Part shown: one piece after another, positions 23,201 through 43,584 of the stretch
How the letters are laid out: each line of letters starts with the position of its first letter
Position numbering within the stretch: position 1 is the first letter of the stretch
Source: Bilabrum cf. latius
Lineage: Eukaryota
DNA length: 64,000 nt
Assembly (NCBI GenBank): GCA_965178125.1
Contig: OZ237742.1
Coordinates: 310,001 to 374,000, forward strand
Direction of reading: 5' to 3'
Notes under the pieces: model-generated
Told to the model about the DNA's origin: nothing
What the model saw: the letters and a program-made list of their open reading frames with translations, nothing else
The model's database searches: none
Position numbers and translations under genes: made by a program

Positions 23201-26200
23201 AGCACTTGGAGCGAGTATGCAACGCCGTAGGCGATTCATCTGAAGTCGAGATACTGCACCCAAGGTCCATGCCTGCAATTCAGGAAGTTGACAGGCTGCC
23301 TCGATGGTTGCGTAAGGTGCTACCAAGTGCTGAGGCGTTAGAACGTCCAAGTAACCAAGCATCGTCTCGAGGGAATCGCCATAAACACGGGCTCACAAGA
23401 ACAAGCCGCACCTCTCGACACAGTCAGTTATTCGAAGAGATCCTGGACGAGCTTGACAGCCAAAAGCTTGGGCCGCTGACAGCAGCGCTGCTGCCGGATG
23501 CAGATAGCTTGCTCGAAGAGTTGAAGGAAGTAGCCACTGGAATGTTTGGACAAGATAGCCGAAAGGACAGACGCATGGAAGCTCGCGCGAGAGACAGCAT
23601 GGGTCTCCCACTCAGGTCGGGGTATGTCATGGCAGCCGCGGGAGTCTCGCTGGCCTTTGGTGCGTGCATCGTCCCGCTACAAGCGGCGGCTGTTGAAGTC
23701 GCAGCAGGGCAGCACGACTGGTCTGATGCAAGCATGCTGGGTTGGTACTACTTAGCTGTGACCCTGGAGGGTATCGTTGGCGTTGTCATGATTGGACTCG
23801 GCAGTTGGGCGCACTGCTCTAAGAGGCTTTTGCACCCACGGCTGTCTCTGACGCTGTATGGCTGCGGCATTGTGTCATCGATTGTGTTTCGTCTGCTGTT
23901 TCATCTCGAGGTTCTCTCTGGCTCGTGTCACTCACGACTACTTGACCTGCAGCGAACTGGGCCTGTTGTGTGCGCGGTGCTGTTCGCTATCGGCATGATT
24001 CGGTCCTTCGGCTAGTCGTGGTTCACAGCCATCGTGTCGTGGGCTGCTGCAATGCTGATTTCTTCAGGATTGTATACAATGGTGCAGGCTGGGCTGGAGG
24101 GAGTGGCTGTCCGGACACAAGAAGACGCAGCGGTGGCGTGTAGCAGAGTGTTTCCTGCAGGTGACGTGTCGAGTGGACGCTAGCGAATAGATTTGGACCT
24201 TGTGCTGGCGGCATTTGCCAACGGAGTCTACATTTTGCACTTTGTGCTGACCTATCTGTAGCGCAGTACAGCCACACTCGAAGTACTCCAGAGGATCCTG
24301 CAGTTTGCCTCTGTTACAGCTGCAGTCTAGACTAGGGCCAGCAAGAGGCTGCAGCATGCTGCTTCAACCCTGGTACCTTTGAAGATCATCCAGAAGAAAT
24401 CTGGGATTCTTCGAGACAGGCAAAGGAAGACACGGAAAGGCTACAAGCAGAGCTTAGCATTGCCACATGCTAGAGCAGGAGAGTACATAAGCAGCAACAG
24501 TGGACAGCTAAGCGGAGCTATCAGCGCAAATCTGGGCGAGTCGGTCGTCGTGACTTTGCGCCTGCACGGGCTTGAGGCTATTGCGGGACTCATGGGCCCC
24601 ATCGCTGCGTTTGGACTGCACCGCAAGGTCGGCGCGCAGGTCGATCTGGTTTGCACGAGGTATGGGGGTATGAGGCTGCAGGCCCCGCCTGATCTAGTCA
24701 GGATCGGCTGGTTCGTGTCTCAGCTAGAGCCTTCCCGCCAATGGTCTGCAGGTCACAGAAGGCGAAAACAAAGTCGGTCGCGTTCTGCCATCTCTGAAAG
24801 GCATTAGTCTAAGAGTGAACGAGTTCGCCAACGCATGCGCGTGGCTTGGCAGTTGGCAGCTGTTGCAGGCGGAGCCGAGCTCCTGCTTCGAGTAAAGAAC
24901 GTGCTCGATAGACTGCGTGCCAACCTTAGGCCCGTGCTTGGGATTGCTTCCGGCCCAGTGAGAGCCACTATGCTCGGAGCCGCACCTGCCTAGATTGTGT
25001 TTTCGGATGCTTCATTGCGGAGACGGCGGCAGCCCATTCGAATGAGCAGCCACATTTCAGAGCACCTCGCGAACATTTCAGCGGAAAAGTCCATAAACTG
25101 CGTCCCTGTGCAAGCGCGCGAGGCTAGCATGACGAATGCCCTTGCTGGGGAGATCTTGATCCAGTACCCTGATCTTGGGCCACATCTTGCATGGAAATGC
25201 GCTGATTCATCGAGTGAGTCTGGGTTGGTTCACCATCCGTTCGCTTGCCTGCAACTTCTGGACCTGTACCTTTCTCAGGTGTCTGGGAGAAACAGCGTAT
25301 CTGATCGATTACGGTCTATCATTTAGTCTGGTCTTGGGGTCGACTCGCTGGCTTGTACCATCAATATCAACACGAAAGGGGACTCGGTGGATCTAGCCAC
25401 AGATGTGAGCCTATTTCAACGGTCGGACACCTGGCAAACAGTACTGCTCGATAGGATTCGAGCTGGACTTAGGATTCAAGAAAAGGGACAAGAGAACGAT
25501 CAGTCCGGTGCTTTTGGAATGGGCGAGGATCCCATGGTAGACTGGCTTAAGTCGTGGATAGGAGTGTGCGCAAGTGCGCTAGCTGCAGATCATCCCAAGC
25601 TTCCCATAGCTGTTGATGCCCCTGACAGAGTGAATACAGATGCAAGGTCAGGAGTGATCGCTTCAGCCAGCATACATATTGCCCAACCAGAAGATAGCAC
25701 TGCAATATCTGGTGCGTACGGCTAGGTGAGACTGCTGTGCTTGCGATAGTCTGAGCAGGCTTTAAGCGACGTGCTCGGCAACGCATCTCCGAACCTTCGC
25801 ATGCAAAACTCTTCTTGGGCAGCAGCAGCAGCAGCAGCACCAGCAGCAGCAGCAGCAAGAAGCTCTCGCAGCATTGGTGCAAACGGCCGCGCTGCGCGCT
25901 ACTTTCGCATCGAGGATTTCAAACGGCTGCGACTCCTCGGGAAAGGTGGCTTTGCGTCTGTGTTTCAGGCGGTCCACTTGCCCACAGGGACAATATACGC
26001 CGTTAAGGTCAGCAAAATCGGAGCGTCAGACGGCCACCCCGGTCATACATCCCGTGATGCATCATTTTCTGCGGGCCACTCCGCATAGCAAGTGTCATTG
26101 CGCGAGGAGGTGGTGCGAGGAGAGGTACTGGCAATGCTGCGGTGTGCCGGCGATGAAGCCCCTGGGCCCTGTCGCATTGATGGCGTGGTGCTTGGCAGTG

Positions 26201-29200
26201 GTGAAATTGGCATCGTGATGGAAATGATCGATGGCCAAGACCTCGCTGCCATCATCAAGTCGCAACCTGGGAGGCACAGGCTGCCGGAGCAGCTCGTTCG
26301 CACGATTGCACGGCAGTTGTGCAGCACCCTAGCTCGCGTTCATAAAGCCAAAGTTCTGCATCGTGACATCAAACCATCGAACATCATGCTAGAATAGGGA
26401 AAGTTCGCGCGATTGATTGATTTTGGCCTATCCACAGGCATACAAGAACAAGCGGGAGCAGATGCAAACGCGCCCAGGGACGCAGCAGCGGGGACTCATA
26501 CAATTCGCACGGCACCTCCATCTGCTGGTGGATGGAGCAGACTGAATGTTGATTTGCATGACGAGCTTCATCTTGTGGTGCCGCTGCTGCCGCGACCATG
26601 GCACGAGAAGGTCGGTGTGGTTAAATCGCAGCCGTTTGGGCGCCATGTGTCTCTGTTGTTCGTCTCACCATTACTCTCACAAAATGTGCTTCTAACTTTG
26701 CAGACGCGCATTTCCTCTCAGCTGGAGCCGATTGGAATCTCCTCTACGTGCTCAATTGTGCAGAGTTGGTCATCAGCTCGGAGGCTAGTGATGGAGTATC
26801 CGATCCTCTATGACGCAGTCCTGGCTATCTCTTTGGCTCAAGATGGGTATCTGAGGGAAAGGCCGACGCATCGCGACAGTGGTGCAGGCGCTAGTGCGCT
26901 GTGGAACACGATAGATAGTAGCTGCAGCAGAGCTCTTGCTGACAGGTTGCTGCTACAGTACAATCAATACGGAGGAACATCGCAGTCGGATCACCGGAGT
27001 AGTCTCGATCGGATTGCCCTTGCGGCTGCAAATGATACGGTCCACTTGGACGATCAAGCGGCTGTTGACTGGATTCCGCTCATGCCTATCCGCCTAGAGC
27101 TAGTCTTGAGCCCCAAGATGGGTGGGCCATGTACTATGTCAGAGGTCGCAAGCAACCACGACACAGTGGACGCTCCGACTGGATGGCAGCGGCAAGCACC
27201 GCTCGATGACTTGCTGGTCCATGCTGGCTAGCAGGCAGCAGAGAGGTCAGAGAGACTGCGGGAAGCGATGTAGGCTGCCAAACAGAAAGGACGCGCACAT
27301 GCTCCAGAAATCGTGCCATGCAACGATCCGATCGGCAAAGAAGCGGATGCATTCGGCGCAAGCGACCGCCCAGAAAGTGCAGGGATATCGACTACCTCAG
27401 CAACAACCAGATCGATCCTTCCATTCAGCACTGCGCAAGGCTCTGGTTCGGCCATTACAGCCGAGAGTTAGCAAGCCTCTCCAGGGACCGCGGAATCTGC
27501 ACAGTCCGAATCTGGGGCAGCTGATGCAGCTGATATTCTGTAGCGCCATCGAAACGCCAGCGATTCCTCCCGCCAGGACACGTTCAGTGAGATCTCACGA
27601 GACAGCTCATTCTCATCGGATGTGCACGCAGAAGGCAACAGGGCCAAGCGTGGAACCACGGCCCGAAAGGCGTCTTCCAGCAGCCGGTAGCTTGCTCGGA
27701 GGAACACGACTTCCAGCAGGAGTGGTGACCCGATGGCAGCTTGGGTGCGCGAGGTGGCGAGAGGCAAGGTCTTGCAGTCGAACGTAAAAGCAGCAGGAGG
27801 CCTTCCAGGTGAGAGTGACAAATAGGGGACAGGAACAGGTTGCTTGTATCGTGAGCAGCAGCCCTTTGTGGCGGGCATCGCAGGCACCCCTCTCTTCATG
27901 GCCCCAGAGCTCTTCAAGCACCAGGGGCAGAGGGCCAGCGACTACTGGTCCTTGGGCGTGACCCTGTTTTTCCTTTTGGCTGGTCGCATGCCATTCGAAG
28001 GCAACACGCCTACCGAGCAGTCTGCAGCAGCAAGGACAGGGCGAGTCAGCTGGCACTTGCTTCCAGCCAGCCTCAGCACCACATGCGTGGATCTGCTACG
28101 CGGGCTTCTTGAAGTGCAAGTGGAGGCCAGGTACGGTGCAAGCGCGCTAGCAGTGCACCCTTGGCTGATGCCGGATTCACAGCGCATTCGAAGGAGGGTC
28201 GAGGCTGCGATCATCCACCGCCTGTCGAAAAAGTCTGCCACACTTGTGAGCGGCGACGTGAATGTTGCGGCTGGGGCGAGCGGGACCCCGAGAGCGCCGG
28301 TGGGCCGGCCTTAGAGAATGAGTAATACTGGTGCATTATCATTGTCTGCGGCTGCAGACTGGTTGAGACGGGTAGCAGATTCGGAGCTTGTTGAGACGCG
28401 CTGGATGATTGACAACCCGTACGACGAGGGCTCTAATGAGAGCGGGCAATCGTCGCGCATTGAGGCAGGCAAAGAGGGTCAGGATGAGCAACCGGAGTCG
28501 TCGGCCTGGGTAGATGCCCTCGATTCGCGGGCTGAACACGATGAGCCCATTGCTACAGGAGTTGTCGCAGCAGCTGAATCGTCAGCTGCTATGCCACCCG
28601 AAACGGCATCGAAGCGTGTCGCCCGGCGGTCCAGCGGGGCAGCCTCATCTTCACCCGACCCCGAAGACGCAGCGACGCGTCCCGGTGATCAACAACCTAC
28701 GGGAGTTCTTCTCGAACGGTGTGGCCCGGTGTATTCCGCTGCCCTGCAGGCCGAGTACATGGGAGACGAGCTTGACGCGTAGTCCGTCGCTGCAGCCAAC
28801 CGCCGCAACCTCGCCCCGAGGCCGAGGTCCTTGGCAAGGATACGGGAGATGCAGCGGAAGAAACGGACGCTAAAGAAGGTCAGGGCCGTGCTTGAGGTGT
28901 TTGCGAGGCGGATGAACGCCGAGTTCAGCGCCTTCTCGGCAATGCCAGCCGGTAGGCTGCTTGCCTCGATTCGAGCTTGCGCAGTGAGAGAGGCAGGTTA
29001 CCGTGACCTTCGGGCGGTGGGCGTCTCCGATCAAGCATCAAAGCGATCGCTTGCACGGTATGAGGTGCGGGCAAAGCAGCGGTTTGTCGCCAATTCCAGG
29101 AGGGGCGTCAGTCCACGGGCAGGAAGTGCAGAGTCTGCCACAGCTGTGGGCACGACTGCTGCTAGCTCTGAAGTTGCCACCAGTGCCTTGGCCAAGGATG

Positions 29201-29601
29201 CCTCAATGCAGGGCAATATCGAGGCTGCAGAGCCGGTCCCTCCCTTGCCAGGCGCGACATTCGTGGCAGAGGACGGTGTTGGACCCCTGATCACTACTGG
29301 CACAGCGTCGACTGCATCGGGCGCAGCGGGCCAGGTGCTGCAGCTCGCAGCGAGCGATGAGCAGAGTGCGAGCGTTGTTGCCGATACAGGGTCAGCTTCG
29401 ACCGGTGCAAGTAGATCACCGCACGGACAAGAGTCTAGTTTGACAGCTAGCGGTGCTCGAGCTAGCCCTGGTGGGAATCGTCGAGTCTCCGCGGCTGCGT
29501 TCGGACTTGGGCAGGTGTCCCTGCCGAGCGTGATGGAGTCGGACGAAGCCGCTGGCGATGAATTATCGGGTACTGCCGACGACATGGACATCCTCCTGTA
29601 A
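20212..29601 (+). CDS. Giant (~3,130 aa) multi-pass membrane protein with two degenerate nucleotidyl-cyclase-like segments and a C-terminal Ser/Thr kinase
   Basis: The plus-strand ORFs from 20398 to 28831 lie in one frame, broken only by TAG (~25 by manual count). Hydrophobic TM blocks. Kinase motifs LGKGGFASV, YAVK, HRDIKPSN, DFG, GTPLFMAPE, DYWSLG. Ends in TAA at 29599-29601. Confidence 0.78.
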
Positions 29602-29896
29602 ATTTGAATAAGTTTGTCTTGGATGATGCAGTCGAATCCCGCCGTGATCGCTCAAACACGCAAGTAAATACAGAAATACAGAAATACATTGTTGGGTAAA
29701 GATTCCACAAGCACCCAGATGCACCGTTGCCCCCGAAGGAGTTCGAGTGATCACCTGAATCCAGAGGAGTCCTCAAACAAGGACTACAAGACCCCCGACC
29801 CTTTCAGGCCAAAGGCCCCCCAATCTCAGCCTACACCGCCGAGTCCCCTTTATTCGCCATCAATGTGGTCCCCCACAAGCCCTCAGCCTGATGCCT

Positions 29897-30688
29897 TCAC
29901 AGGGAGAAAGCATACAGGTGCGGAGCATGTGCCCGGCACAAAGCGCGGTCCAGTCCCACATCAGGGTCCCCTGCCGGGACCCACCATTTCCTCCTCCATG
30001 ACCGTCTCTGCGTCTCACGATCCTTCAGAGAGGCTAGCATGCACGCGCTCATGCCTTTGGCCCATTGCCTCTCTATGTCCCTTAGCAAGCCGTGGGGCTT
30101 AAACATCCGTCGCTGTAGCCGAGCGTTCGCATTGGTTGCCGCTATCAGCTCTTGCGTGGCCGTGGCGGCAAGAGCAGCCGCCGCATCGCCTCGCATCCAC
30201 TGCCTGCACGTCAGCTACTCCTGCTAGCGCAGCTGGTTCCTGATCACCTGCACCACTCGGTTGGCCAGCTCCTTGACAGCTGTCCGTTCCGATGACCGCG
30301 CAATCGTACGCTCTATCCGAGTGAGTGCGTCTTCGACGATTGGCTTGGCCCTGCTGGTGCGCTCCAGCTTCTCGTCCCAAGGGTCCTGAGCGAGAGCTGT
30401 CTTCGCCCATGCTTTCCGGAGGGAGGCAGGGGACCTCCCTCTATTCTGATCCGCATCATCGGGTTGCCACGGTCTCGTTCCGGCATGATGGTCATGCTCG
30501 GCCCGCTCCATCTGCTCTACCGCGGTGCCCATCACTTGAAGGTTGGGCGTGCCCTGTTGCGGGTATTGTCCAGCTCGGATGCGCAGAATTCGTCTTCCTT
30601 GGTGGCCGTATTCCTGCACCACCGCTGCTGTTGGCATGGCTCCTGGTCCGAAGGCATACCGTCCCTTCGTTGCGTACCGGTTAAGCAT
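29897..30688 (-). CDS. Hypothetical protein (~263 aa, 2 in-frame TAG)
   Basis: ORFs 30224-30694 and 29897-30196 are in the same frame, joined by R[TAG]QE[TAG]LTCRQW. Ends in TGA. No family recognised; start uncertain. Confidence 0.5.
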
Positions 30689-30835
30689 GACCACTCCGAG
30701 CGCAGCTCTCTCGCAAGTTGTTGGTGACTTTATAATGTGTAGTTTCAGCGATCGCTGGTAATACGGATTTGGCAGTTTGTATTTCGACTAGGCATTTGCA
30801 ACGACCCACTGGCAAACGTTTGCACCTCTGCTAGT

Positions 30836-38791
<7,956 letters not shown>

Positions 38792-38921
38792 TCCGATCAA
38801 ACCTCGCATGTGCCTCACTTGATAACGATTTCTTTGCTCGGCACAGTGTACGATGGCAGTGCCCGAAACCAGTGCAGAAGCAATTGCTGATGTTAGGTAA
38901 CTATTGAGCAACCATGGTATC

Positions 38922-39489
38922 ATGAATCAGCTGGTAACGAGCTGGATGCATTTAAGTCACCGCCCTGCCCAGCTTGTTGAACTTGCGCAGGAGCTTGAAC
39001 GCATGATTACTGCGATAGAGGAAGCCAGTAAGGAGGATAAGTCGTTGCCAGGTCGTCTTGCAGCCTTGATTGAGTTGGGGCCTAGCAGAAGCAAGGAGGA
39101 GGCTGTCGCCAGGTTAACGTCTTTGCAAGAGCAACTATCGGAAGCAAGAGAGGAGAAACAGGTGCTAGAACAGCTTGCTGAGGGTGCTGAGTTGCTTTCC
39201 GAAGTGAGAACACTGTATTGAATCCCTGTTGTGTGTGTGCTGGAAATTCACCGTCCAGCTTCGTGTGTGTGCGCCTCTTCGCTCCTCTGCCTCTTCGAGC
39301 CCGCAGATGCAGGTTGCATGCGACAATCTGCTAGGAGTGGAGCCCGGAGCAGGCGGCGCTGAATCCATGGGAAGTTCGTTAGGTTCGGAAACAGACGGAA
39401 GAGCACAACTGGGTGATTCTTTGGGAGGAGCAAGTAGCGGCGCTGCGTCGTCGTCATCGTCTTCATCATCGGCTGCCATTGAGAGATAA
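38922..39489 (+). CDS. Small hypothetical coiled-coil protein, 2 exons (38922-39203, 39307-39489)
   Basis: Helical ORF ...AELLSE|gtgaga...ccgcag|MQVACDNLL...; phase-0 GT-AG intron. Ends in TAA. Confidence 0.55.
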
Positions 39490-39538
39490 CATTGCAACCA
39501 AACCGTGATATTCGCGTGATCATTCAGCTCATATCAAA

Positions 39539-42500
39539 TCAACCATTCGTGTTCGGAAGCGGCAAGTCGGCAAACTCGAACTCGGTCTGCTTGTGCGCGT
39601 GCAAGAACCCGCAGTCTCCTAGCCCGCCCTCCCCAAACCTCCCGTCGCTGCTGCCGAACCCCGGCGCACAGACGCATTGCCCCGTCTGAAAGTCGCACGC
39701 ACCTCTTCCGTTGCACTCGAGCATTTCCTTGGTCCCTTTCTGGATCTCTTCGATCCGGATGTCGCCGACCGCCAGGGTCGACCTGGACACCTGCAGCAAA
39801 GGCACGTCGCCATGCTGCGATAGGAACGTCACGTCCGTCTGGAAAGGCTCCCCGTCATCAGTGGCGCCACAGAGGCGGGGAAACGGCCAGCAGATCGCGG
39901 AGTTGAACACGTCCTCCTCGCAGCTAAGAGCAAAGTCCTTTGGCTCCAAGCCCCTGTCCTTGCAGTTTGTCCCAGGGAACGACACCTGGCTGCGAGATGA
40001 CGTAAGCGTGCCGTTCACGAGCTCGAGTGCGTCTTCAAAATCAATCACGTCCTTGTTCGTGAAGTTACGAGTGGCTGGCGCCGGGTGGATGGACACGAGC
40101 CCGATGGCTGGGATGGACTCTTGCAGGTACTCGACAAGGGTGTCGTGCCCACGTCGAGGCGATGCGATCACGCTGGCATCCCACGGGATCCGAATGCTGA
40201 GGTCGCCCCGGAATTCAAGCACCACGCTGCCCCCCGTGGCGTTGCACGTGATACGCTGCCGCTCGAAGACGCCCACCTTGTCTCTAGGGTCGGCACCTGT
40301 GGCACACCTCGCCTGCGAGCAGTCCGGGCCGAAGAAATCGCGGAACGACTCGGAGTACTTGCCCGCGTACCTGCTGCGGTTGCATGCGCACCCCTGCATC
40401 TTGTCCCTGTCCCAGCCGGTGTAGACCAGATCGAGCGAGGCGAAGGACTCCCCGTCCACGGGGCTCCTCGACCTGTTGGCCATGAGGCCGTATACGAGGC
40501 ACTCCCCTCTAGAGTTGCACCCCTCCGGCCTCGTTTCCACGCCCCCCTGGCCCTGCTCGAGAGAGAACCCGTCGCAGCGAGTCCGGTCGCAGCTCGATCC
40601 CTCGAATCCAGCGGCGCATCGGCACAGGCCCGTCGTTGAATCGCACAGCCCGCGACCGCCGCAGTCGACCTGTCTGTGCGCGCCATATTCCGGGGCGGGC
40701 TCCGGGGACCCAAGGGCTTCGTCGTACCAGTTGTTCGCCTCTGGGCAGTCAAGTTTCTCGCACGCAGGCCCCTCGAATGGCGGGTCGCACACGCACACGA
40801 AGGTGCCGGTCTAACAGATTCCGTTTCCCAGGCATCCCAGCGGGCAGTTGGTGACAAACTCGCCACTAGCTGGGATGAATGGCTCGCGCAACACGCCCAC
40901 CATGTTCCCGCAATCCACCCTGTCACCGTGCCCGACGTTCAGGTGAATGCCCGCACCATTGGAGTTCCCAAAACCGTCGTAGCACGAGCACAGCCCGTTC
41001 TCGAGACACGCGCCCCTATCCGAGCACGGCCGGAGGATGCGGCTCCCGTCCCTTGACATGCCCCCGTGCGCGCCGAACTAGTAGTCGCCGTGCAGGATCA
41101 CCATATTGGCGGCACCAGACCCCGCCGTAGATTCCAGGTCGTACGATCCCGGCGCGTTGGACACCTGGATGGGCGGGATGTTCCCAGGGTTGTGCGTGAA
41201 GGTGATCGCGGTGGTCGTGCCCGTCTCTGTGCACAGGTGTCCCAGGGTCGTGTTGTCGCCGTGCTGCCTGACGCTGACGGTATTGATGCTGGTCAGTGCC
41301 TCGAGGGCCTCCTTGAGGTCGTACATGGTCGAGTTGTGGAACACCCTGTCCGCCACCTCGCCGTACACGCTCAGATTGAACCCACCGCTGCACGCGTCGC
41401 TACACTGGCAGTCGATGAGCTGGATCTCGTTGGTCTCGACGTTAAGCGGGTTCGTCTCCGTCTCCGTGACTGGGTTCTCTGCGTTTCCAGTGACTGCTCT
41501 CGCGTTCTCTGCTCCCGTTAAGAACGTGATGTTCTCGTTGGTGTGCAAGTTAGACCACAGGTCGAACTTCATGCCAACGAAGGTCACGGTCCACGTGAAG
41601 GTGCCGGTCCACAGCTCCGGCCTGAGGGGGTCCTCGAAGTACTCGAAGCGGGTGACGTTGACACCGCTGAAGATCGTGTCCATCTCGTCGATCGCCGAGG
41701 CCATCTCCTCGCGGGTGGTGTTCCAGGCCAGCTCGCGGCTCGTCACGTTGGCGTACTTGACGAAGAAGGACCCCTCAAGGAATGCGCCCACAGTCACGGT
41801 GGTCAGGTTGCAGAACGTGGCACCGATCGGGCCGGTGCCCACCACGAGCTCCGTTTCGTTGCAACCCATCTCAGCGACGTCTCCCAGATTGTTCGTGAAA
41901 GTGACGAGCCACCGGAGTCCGGGGCCGCCCGTGTATTCAAAGTCGACGTCCACGCTTGGTACGGTCTCCATCGACTCGATAGCAGCTTTCACCTCGGCCG
42001 GCGTGGCGTCGTACGCGATGCTGACGTTCTGAGGCGGGCCTTCGCCAGGTGGTCTGGACTGCGTATCATCAAACGTGAGGGTGACATTCCCATCCACTTC
42101 ATTTCCGTCCTGAACGGTGCTGATGGCAAGAGAGGGGTTCGTGCCCGCCACGCCGTTCAGCTGCACCGTGAGCTCCTCGAGGTTGCCGCCCACCTCGATC
42201 CCGGAAAAAGTCACGTTGTACAGCACCACGTCATTGAGCCCGTCCACGAACGCGTCTCTCGTGACTGTCACAGAGTCGATGTTGTCGGGCGCGATGTCCT
42301 CCAGGATCTCCTGCACCGACGTGCCCACCACGCCCTGGGCCGGCGCCGTCACCTGGATCAGACTCGTCACACCCGCGGCCCGGACGGCGCACACGCCACA
42401 GCTGGTGGTGTCAAATCCAAGGGAATAGCTGCCGCCCATCGTGCCGATGGCCGCTTCGAGCCTGATCTGCTGCACCTCATTCTGGTCCACATCCCCCTCA

Positions 42501-43195
42501 AGCCCCACTGACTGCACGTCATCCTGGTGATCCGCCAGCGTGCGGATCGACTGGATCTCGCGCTGACCCGTGGTTAGAGGGTCGTCACCCAGCGGACACT
42601 GCATGGTGCTGCACTAAAAATCCGTGAATCCGGGCAGGGGCCTCTGCTCCAGGGACTCGCGACCTGGCCGGAGCCCCGCGTCGCAGATGCAACCCATGTT
42701 CATGTCTCCGTCCCACTGCTCGTACCTGGACTAATGCTTGTATATGCTGTAGTCCTATCGCTCCGATATCTCTCGGATCGACTGACACCGCCCGACATCG
42801 CTGCAATCGCTGTAGCACCGGTTGCGCTGGCACGCGTGACCTTCGTATTGCGATAGGCACTCGCATGTGCCGCTCTCCCCGTCGCAATATCCCCCATTGG
42901 AGCATTCCGCGGGTAAATGACTGTCGCCGTCCGGCTGTGGACCAACGATATCAAACCAAGCCGGATGCGACGGACACTCTCGCCGCGAGCAATCTGGTGC
43001 CGCAGCCCACTGGTCCTAGCACTCGCACTTTGCGCGTGCGCCTCCGGCACAGTTTCCCCGTCCGTTGCAGTTATACTCACATTGTGCCAGTGCTCTCCTC
43101 AAACTTACGATGGCCAAAAATAGGCTAGCTGTCGCTAAGCATCGAGTGCCACGGATGCTTGAGCGACTCCTGCAACGAGCTACCCAACCTGTCAT
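39539..43195 (-). CDS. Secreted EGF-like/Cys-rich protein of the stramenopile mastigoneme/Sig1-like family (~1,218 aa, 6 in-frame TAG)
   Basis: Signal-peptide-like start. Repeated modules CPxxxAWFD...ECSNGGYCDGESGTCEC...YEQWD..GCICD...CSTMQCPLGDDP, and GTKEMLECNGRGACDFQTGQCVC. TAG at 43016, 42755, 42731, 42614, 41078 and 40811 all keep the Cys spacing. Ends in TGA. Confidence 0.85.
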
Positions 43196-43584
43196 ATCAG
43201 ACTTTCGCACGTGATCAAAATCGGTAGCACAATTAAATTGACATCTAGCCAATACTAGAAGTACCTTTCTGGCGTTGTACAATTCGATTGAGTGGGTGGG
43301 CCAACGCTTCGCACAGTCGCACAGTGCAGTGCATATTGGGTCGCAGAGCATTGTTGGCGTGGTCGCAGCCGTGCCTGCCAGAGACTGACCTCAAAATGCA
43401 AACAACACAGACTGGCTTTATTGCGCCTGTTTCGGCAACTCTCTACTCACCAGGTCGAGAAGGTAGCGCAGACTTCCCGAACGGTCGCAAACACCAGAGT
43501 CTGCTTTATTAATTTGTTACGTGTATCTAATCGTGATTCGGAGCTCGAATACGAGATGGTAAGATACTCGCAGTCTGCAGTACC

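Noticed and set aside
26380-26430. Tiny introns removing the TAG codons
   Set aside because: There is no GT between HRDIKPSN and the TAG at 26395, and motif spacing (HRD-DFG, C-x12-H, the LZIC alignment) needs exactly one residue at each TAG.
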